A DNA stretch of 64,000 nt from Spirosomataceae bacterium (GTDB lineage Bacteria; Bacteroidota; Bacteroidia; Cytophagales; Spirosomataceae), in the NCBI GenBank assembly GCA_037191015.1, contig JBBCKD010000004.1, forward strand, positions 4,013 through 68,012. Direction: 5' to 3'. Numbering within the stretch: position 1 is the stretch's first letter; each line of letters starts with the position of its first letter. The notes under the pieces were generated by a model. It did not search any database, was not told where the DNA came from, and saw only the letters and a program-made list of their open reading frames with translations. Shown in pieces: positions 57,812 through 64,000 of the stretch. The translations under genes were made by a program, and so were the position numbers.

Positions 57812-57857
57812 AGTCGGGGACGCCTAGTCGGGGATGCCTAGTCGAATGCATGTCGAA
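57812..57857. repeat. short tandem repeat
   Basis: AGTCGGGGACGCCT AGTCGGGGATGCCT AGTCGAATGCAT GTCGAA. Confidence 0.7.
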
Positions 57858-57876
57858 GGGTGAGGACCAGGTGATA

Positions 57877-58799
57877 TCAAATTTCCGCCATACATTTTTC
57901 GAGATACGCCCTGGCCCTGTTGATTTCATCCGTTACTGCCGGTACAGTTTCCATGACAGGAATCCCACGCGGGACGGGGTGCATGAATATCTCCGTCCAG
58001 CCACTGTAGTCAATATCCCGCAAGGCCGCCAACAGCGGTTTAAAATCCAGAGCTCCCCTACCGGGCATTTGAAGCAATTCCTGTTCTTTAGGTAGTTTTT
58101 TTTACTTCCCATTCCATATTGCCAGGCATAGAACATCACTATTCCGTTTCCAAGCTCCCTGATCAGATCGCCGATCAATATTCCATCCTGAGGAAGATGA
58201 TAGGGAGCCAACGCGATTCCTATCTGTTCTGAAGGGCGAAATTCAAAAAGCCATTTAAGGGATTCTGCCGACTCGATCAGGCTCCCCGAATGGTTCTCAA
58301 TGGCGATCTTCACACCGTTATCTTCCGCGACGTCGATCTGCGGTTTCATTTTCTCGAGGAAGTCCCTCACTGCATGTTTCAGTTCCCGGCCGTGAAGACC
58401 TTTAGGACCTTTCCCACCGGTTACAATAGTCCGGCAACCCAGCCGGCCGGCAAGCCGCAACTCGTCGCATAGATTAAAGGGCTCCAGGGCATACTGGGTG
58501 ATACAACCCATTAATACCCCATATTTCCGAAGTGTCCGGATAAATCTTTCCTCTCCCATTTCATCCAGCTGTTCCCTTTGGTTGCCATGCACCTTAGGCC
58601 AGATATCGAGGGCAGAGGCTCCTGTTTTTGAAACTTCGGGCAGGATCAAAGTCAAATCCGAGTATCCATACATACAGGAAGCCGTGATATAGTTCAGTGA
58701 AAACTTCCTGGTAGTGTCCAACGCCTTACGCTGCATGAGTAACCCGGCTTCTGCAACAACAGAAGCAAGAAACTCCCTCCTGTTAATAAACTCAGTCAT
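57877..58799 (-). pseudogene. TAT-exported sugar-phosphate isomerase/epimerase TIM barrel, frameshifted at an A8 run
   Basis: RREFL signal, IENH; reading frame breaks at 58096-58103 and resumes as LPKEQELLQMPGRGALDF...WTEIFMHP. Confidence 0.8.
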
Positions 58800-59478
58800 T
58801 GGAAGGTTTCAGCTTATTAATAAACAACTTCATATAGGGCGTCCTGTAATCATGCCAGGTACGACAACTAATCAGATTACCGTCCACTACCATGGGATCA
58901 GGAACATATTCGCCGCCTACCTGTGTGATGTCAAGGGCGCATTTGGCTACCGTAGTCATCCTTCGACCTTTTAAAACACCTGCAGCCGCAACAATTTCCA
59001 CACCGTGACACACCACTGCTACCGGCTTATTGTGCTTGAAGAAATGTCTGGTGATCCGCAATAAAGCTTCGTCATACCGCAGATATTCCGGAGCGCGTCC
59101 ACCCGAAATGAACAGCCCGTCATATTGCGCGGGATCTATATCTCTAAAAGCAAGATCGGCCTTCAAATGATACCCCGGACCTTCACGCGTAATGTCCCAC
59201 GGAATATTCTCCTCCGGCGGAATCTCATGGGTTACCATATGATACACTCTCGCCTCAGGTCCGCAGACTGTCACCTGAAATCCCTCCTCCTGTAAACGGA
59301 AATAAGGATACAACGTGTCTATAGCTTCAGTAGCGTCACCAATGGGCATCAGAATTTTCAATAAATTCTGATGCCCGGAATCCATACCTTTGGCAGATAT
59401 GATCGTGAAGGCTGAAAAAGGGGCTGTGAAAATGAGCTTATTGATTTTCCTTCTGTTCATTCTACAAATGAACGTCAA
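58792..59478 (-). CDS. DJ-1/PfpI-family protein with TAT-like leader
   Basis: GDATE, ISGGRAPEYLR, AVVCHG nucleophile elbow; N-terminal NRRKINK. Confidence 0.9.
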   Translation of the reverse strand: MTFICRMNRRKINKLIFTAPFSAFTIISAKGMDSGHQNLLKILMPIGDATEAIDTLYPYFRLQEEGFQVTVCGPEARVYHMVTHEIPPEENIPWDITREGPGYHLKADLAFRDIDPAQYDGLFISGGRAPEYLRYDEALLRITRHFFKHNKPVAVVCHGVEIVAAAGVLKGRRMTTVAKCALDITQVGGEYVPDPMVVDGNLISCRTWHDYRTPYMKLFINKLKPSND

Positions 59479-59610
59479 GATCCGGCGGGAAACCTATGCT
59501 AATTTGTCTGTTGCTGATGATACTTTGTCCTTATCTTCCGAAGCTAACGCAACGGCGTCCGTAAGCTATATTGTTCACGGATGAGTATCCTGCTTTCTGA
59601 GCCTGGCTGT

Positions 59611-60477
59611 TCAGGCATTCTTCTTAAAGTGTGCAATAAATTGACTTGGTGTGATACCCTTTATTTTCTTGAACTGTTTATTAAAGTTCGATAGATTCTC
59701 AAAACCACTTTCAAATGCGATTTGTGCAATGCTATAATCCTCTTCCAGCAGCAACTTACAGGCGTACCCTATTCGGATGTCGTTCAGATACTGTATAAAT
59801 GACTTGCGGGTCCTCTTTTTGAAAAATCTGCAAAAGGATGTAGTGGTCATGAATACTTCTTTCGCGATTTCCTCTACGGATATTGGATCCTTAAAATGTT
59901 GCATTACATATTTATAGACCAGTTTTAGTCTGTTATTCTCGCTCTCATCAATCGAATTGACAAATATAGGTGAAGATAGGATTTCGAGTTTTTGACCCTG
60001 TACAATACTATTCAAAATCGACAGCAGAATAGAAATGCGCTCTATTCCCTTGGTCTTCAGCAATAGCACCAGTTTCTTTTTAACTTTTATTTTACTGCCG
60101 CTATCGTTAACTACAATGCCCCTGAGCGATCTTTCCATAAGATGATTGATCGAAACTGCCTCGGGAATCTTATAAAAGTCTTCGCCGGTAAAATTCCGGT
60201 TAAAATGCACAGCAAAACTGTGCGAATAAAAATCAGGGGTCTCCTTAACATTGCTTCGCCATTCGTGCGGAAGATTTGGCCCTATCATTACCAGCGTATC
60301 GTCATTATAGTCAAAAACCTGATCACCTATAAACAACACTCCCTTTCCTTTAACTATATAAGTTATTTCGCATTCCGGATGATAATGCCAGGGATTATGA
60401 AGGTACGGGCATGCATTTTCCCACGACTTGAAGGAATCATGAGCTGTCTCTACGTGCCTCATTAAAATCGGTTTCAT
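59611..60477 (-). CDS. AraC-family regulator
   Basis: WHYHPECEI cupin; FCRFFKKRT, GFENLSNFNKQFKK. Confidence 0.95.
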   Translation of the reverse strand: MKPILMRHVETAHDSFKSWENACPYLHNPWHYHPECEITYIVKGKGVLFIGDQVFDYNDDTLVMIGPNLPHEWRSNVKETPDFYSHSFAVHFNRNFTGEDFYKIPEAVSINHLMERSLRGIVVNDSGSKIKVKKKLVLLLKTKGIERISILLSILNSIVQGQKLEILSSPIFVNSIDESENNRLKLVYKYVMQHFKDPISVEEIAKEVFMTTTSFCRFFKKRTRKSFIQYLNDIRIGYACKLLLEEDYSIAQIAFESGFENLSNFNKQFKKIKGITPSQFIAHFKKNA

Positions 60478-60629
60478 TTTTGAAATTACTGTTGTCAGGT
60501 TAAAATTTACTTTCAGTACCTCACATAACCTGTAAAGCGCATTGTAGTTTAGTGATGAATCTGATGCTATCGTTAATTCCTGTCACATAATACATTCCTG
60601 ATTATTTCTACTGGCAATACAGGGTAAAT

Positions 60630-60648
60630 TTTGAGAACCGTTCTCAAA
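60630..60648. promoter_or_regulatory. perfect 9-1-9 inverted repeat (operator-like)
   Basis: TTTGAGAAC-C-GTTCTCAAA in the divergent intergenic region. Confidence 0.55.
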
Positions 60649-61363
60649 GACTGGGATATTCCCTTGGGGCAGATCTGCTTCAGACAATGATAGCTTCTTA
60701 ATTAAGAATACGCACTTCATTCACACGAAAACAAGCGCTCACTCTAACTACCTAAATCTTGTATTTTTCTTAGATACCCAACTTAAACCTCCGTTTTTTG
60801 TTCGACACCAGTTGATGGGAGATAATTTAAAAGTAACAAAAAAATTGTTCATAAAAAGATAACGATCTCGAAAACCAGACAAACGTATTTAAAACTTAAG
60901 CTGAAAAAATAGCGTATCAACTAGCAATCAATGGCTCCTACTTAGAATACCCTTTAAAGATATCTCATACTTTTTATGGTTAATAGAAAGGTTACTGGAT
61001 TTCCCTCTCTAGCGGAGCGGTATCTTATCCGTATATTCGAATGTAAACGATAGATATTGGATGCGCAAGCATTTTGTATTTTTTTGAGATGATCCTTTAA
61101 TTATTGATTAAGGCGATCACACGGCCCTTCATTATCAGGCGCAAAGCTACCAGAAAACACCACTACATTTTAACCTGACGTAAAGGAATTACCAGTTCGA
61201 AGATGAACCGGAAAATCTAGCATTACATCTTGTCAAGATAACATTAGATCAGAATTCAGGAAAAACGAAAATTTGCAAGCGAAACTAAGGAACTAATTTC
61301 TAAATAATGGTCAGGTAATATGCATAGTATAAAAAATATCTCTACGGACAGGAATTCTAGCAA

Positions 61364-62170
61364 TTGTTCTTTTTTAAAACCATCGATATGAGACTATCAC
61401 GCTCGGTTATTAATCAAAGTATTCATGTTGCCTTGGACGTGATTAAGCATTTCAATTTTCACCTACCCGATTTTGCCTACTGGAAAACCGCGGACTGGCA
61501 TAAAGCTGGTGATGAATATGACGAAATAAGAAACTGCATGCTTGGTTGGGACGTGACGGATTTCGGCAGTAATGACTTCAGAAAAATTGGCCGTATACTG
61601 TTTACGTTGAGAAACGGGAAATTCGGGAATATAAATTACCCTAAAGAGTATGCGGAAAAGCTTTTGATAGACCCGCAGAATCAGCGGGCGCCAGCGCACT
61701 TCCATAAAAGCAAACGCGAGGACATCATCTGCAGGGCTGGTGGAAACATCCTTGTACAATTGACGAAAGCCGATGCGGATGGTTCACCATCTTCCAAAAC
61801 CTTTACGATACAGGTCGATGGCTGTACCAAAAGAATTTCACCAGGAGAAATAATCAGACTTAAGCCCGGAATGAGCCTGAACATCACTCCACTGACCATT
61901 CATCAGTTCTGGGGGGAAGAAGGCACCGGCTATCCTATGCATGGAGACCGTTACACACTGAGCAGCGAAATATCGAGTGTCTGCAATGACCTCAATGACA
62001 ATTACTTTCTTGTCGATTACGGCACGAGGTTCCCGCAGATAGAAGAAAATGAGAAAGCAGAATACTATCTCTGCCATGAATATCCGCAGGCCGATACAAG
62101 TCTAATAAAAAATAAGTCCTTAAGCGACCGGCAGAGCAAGGCCTTTCGAGAGAATGAGCAGTATAAATGA
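61364..62170 (+). CDS. D-lyxose/D-mannose-family ketol isomerase (cupin; ATG start probably 61388)
   Basis: LGWDVTDFG, YAEKLL, PAHFHKSKREDII, HQFWGE, EISSVCNDLNDNYF. Confidence 0.88.
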   Translation: MFFFKTIDMRLSRSVINQSIHVALDVIKHFNFHLPDFAYWKTADWHKAGDEYDEIRNCMLGWDVTDFGSNDFRKIGRILFTLRNGKFGNINYPKEYAEKLLIDPQNQRAPAHFHKSKREDIICRAGGNILVQLTKADADGSPSSKTFTIQVDGCTKRISPGEIIRLKPGMSLNITPLTIHQFWGEEGTGYPMHGDRYTLSSEISSVCNDLNDNYFLVDYGTRFPQIEENEKAEYYLCHEYPQADTSLIKNKSLSDRQSKAFRENEQYK

Positions 62171-63531
62171 GTTTTATGAGTCTTACAAAAAAATCAGCGC
62201 GGGTAATTTTGGTTTTCTCACTTGCTGCAATTGTCAGTGCAGGAGTCTTTTATGTTTTAGGCAAATCAGAAATAGCGGGCCCCGTGTGGATAGCTGCTCT
62301 TGCGGCACTGGCGGTTTCATTCAGAGGTCTTTCACTGGTAAAAGGCTTTTCTTATACTATTTGGATACTGGTAGCTGTGTCAGCAGCAATGCTCTATCCC
62401 GCTTCGTTTCAAAGCGTAGGAAACTTCGAACTAAAAAGAGTGATTGTTCCTTTCGTACAGATAACCATGTTTGGAATGGGAGCTCACATGAGCTTTAATG
62501 ATTTCAAGGGTGTTGTCATGATGCCCAAAGGAGTAGTTATTGGTGTGGCTTGTCATTTTGTGGTCATGCCCCTGGTAGCGTACGGGTTATCTAATTTATT
62601 TACTTTCCCTACTGAAGTTTCCGGCGGCATTATCCTTATCGGATGTGTTTCCAGTGCAATGGCTTCGAATGTCATGTCCTATCTCGCCGGTGCAAATCTT
62701 GCTCTGGCTGTAACCATTGGCGCAGTGTCGACCATCATATCACCTTTTGTAACGCCTTTCCTAATGCGTTGGCTGGGCGGGCAATATGTGGAAATAGACG
62801 TTGCACATATGATGATCGATATAACCAGGATGATTATTATACCGGTTGTAGCCGGATTCATTTTCAATATGTTCTACTACAACAATACGTCCAAGAAATT
62901 GATAACCTTTCAATTGACGGGTTACGCGCTTATTATCATGATTACCAATGCCGTACTGTTCCTTATCTCCGAGTCAACGTTTCGGGAACTGGTCCATTCG
63001 GCATTTTATTCATTCCTGTGGTTTTATTTCCTGCCGATGACCGTCGCTATCTTTCTCAGACGTTCCCGGCACATAAGCCGGGGGATGATCGAAAGCAGCC
63101 TGTCATTCGCAGCCATGTTGGGCATTGTGATCAATACGGTGGTGATCACAGCATCCGGTCGGGACCATCTGTTGGCGGTCGGAGGCTTGCTGATCGTCAC
63201 CTGTCTGCTTCATAATGTTGCGGGATTGACGATTGGATATTTCATGGCTATGCTATTCGGCTTGCCTGAGAAGGACCGCAGGACGATTGCCTTCGAGGTA
63301 GGTATGCAAAACGGGGGTGTGGCCACAGGATTGGCCCTGCAGATGGGAAAAGTGTCGACGGTGGGACTGGCTTCAGCGATATTCGGACCTCTGCAGAACG
63401 TCACAGGTTCCGCCCTTGCAAACTGGTTTAAAAAGAAGGATATGCGCATAACAGGAAGCCACAGTCTCTCCATCCGGGCTGTACCCGAGAACACAAAATA
63501 TTCAGGCGAGGTGACCGACAAAGAGAGATAA
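62167..63531 (+). CDS. bile acid:sodium symporter (BASS) family transporter with an extra insertion
   Basis: MFGMG, ASNVMSYLA, AFEVGMQNGG; 454 aa. Confidence 0.88.
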   Translation: MSFMSLTKKSARVILVFSLAAIVSAGVFYVLGKSEIAGPVWIAALAALAVSFRGLSLVKGFSYTIWILVAVSAAMLYPASFQSVGNFELKRVIVPFVQITMFGMGAHMSFNDFKGVVMMPKGVVIGVACHFVVMPLVAYGLSNLFTFPTEVSGGIILIGCVSSAMASNVMSYLAGANLALAVTIGAVSTIISPFVTPFLMRWLGGQYVEIDVAHMMIDITRMIIIPVVAGFIFNMFYYNNTSKKLITFQLTGYALIIMITNAVLFLISESTFRELVHSAFYSFLWFYFLPMTVAIFLRRSRHISRGMIESSLSFAAMLGIVINTVVITASGRDHLLAVGGLLIVTCLLHNVAGLTIGYFMAMLFGLPEKDRRTIAFEVGMQNGGVATGLALQMGKVSTVGLASAIFGPLQNVTGSALANWFKKKDMRITGSHSLSIRAVPENTKYSGEVTDKER

Positions 63532-63573
63532 AGGTCTTCCGGACAGTTTGGCCCTGTTGATTGACCACCAGAT

Positions 63574-64000
63574 ATGCGAAGACCGCTCATGTACCATTTC
63601 CTGAGGATTACCGGGTGCCCGACAGCGACTGCCGCCCTGCTTTTGTTACCGGCTTTAGCCGCTTTCACTCTTCAAGCGCAAAGTACAAAGCCTTTCCTTA
63701 CTTTTTCTTCTCCCGAAGACGCCGGTTTCTCGGACACCGGACTTGAGCATATTGACAAGATTTTCAACGAATACATTGCTGACGAGAAATTACCCGGTAC
63801 CGTAGTCTTAATCGTCCGGTCGAACAAAATCGTGTACCATGACGATATCTTTCGCATTGCCTCTCAGACCAAAGCCATCACCAGCCTGGCGGCAATGATG
63901 TTGTCGGAAGAAGGGAAATTCCTGCTCGACGATCCTGTCTCAAAGTATATTCCGGAACTTGAAGATCAAAGAATCCTGAAAACCTTTCATCCGGAGGATT
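63574..64000 (+). CDS. serine hydrolase/beta-lactamase-family protein (partial)
   Basis: Hand translation: signal-like N-terminus, SPEDAGFS, FRIASQTKAIT (SxxK), LLDDPVSKYIP. Confidence 0.85.
   Translation, partial: MRRPLMYHFLRITGCPTATAALLLLPALAAFTLQAQSTKPFLTFSSPEDAGFSDTGLEHIDKIFNEYIADEKLPGTVVLIVRSNKIVYHDDIFRIASQTKAITSLAAMMLSEEGKFLLDDPVSKYIPELEDQRILKTFHPED

Larger units (their letters stand above)
46117..64000. mobile_element. tRNA-Glu-adjacent, AT-richer, decaying genomic island (right boundary not seen)
   Basis: Composition shift after the tRNA, several pseudogene fragments, accessory/defence-type cargo; no integrase or att repeat found by eye. Confidence 0.6.

Noticed and set aside
46060-64000. 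attR duplicate of the tRNA 3' end
   Set aside because: No second copy seen by eye within the window; it may lie outside or be eroded, so it is not reported

Overview
Bacteroidota chromosomal window, probably Cytophagales/Spirosomataceae-like. This is inferred from the SusC/SusD pair, a T9SS C-terminal domain protein and TAnnTTTG -7 promoter boxes. Bases 1-45,830 look like core genome (hand-counted sample lines about 52% GC). They carry fabF (partial), acpP, kdsA, a TBDR-DUF4249 pair next to a LiaF-like/LytS/LytTR module, xerD, a cytoplasmic sugar-acid catabolic cluster (GH88-like, TIM-barrel, Gfo/Idh/MocA, SDR, MFS, AraC), an ABC exporter, can, yidD, an Rnk-like gene with a structured leader and unannotated 50-aa uORF, and an ECF/FecR/SusC/SusD PUL whose only candidate enzymes are two BNR-4 propellers. 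After tRNA-Glu(TTC) at 46,007-46,078 the sequence turns AT-richer (many sample lines 32-42% GC) and behaves like a decaying genomic island with no integrase in view. It holds an unannotated 52-aa ORF, an AraC-FecA-mini-Fur iron module, a TBDR fragment fused to a shattered YhcG nuclease, an intact NYN-LOTUS RNase, an IbrA/IbrB (YbdN/YbdM)-like PP-loop + ParB/Srx pair, a TAT-exported GMC/TIM/DJ-1 cluster with a homopolymer frameshift, and a lyxose-isomerase/BASS/serine-hydrolase operon running off the end. Best candidates for undescribed biology: the NYN + IbrAB-like module, the rnk uORF/attenuator-like leader, and the BNR-4-only PUL. All family calls come from motifs recognised by eye; no searches were run.
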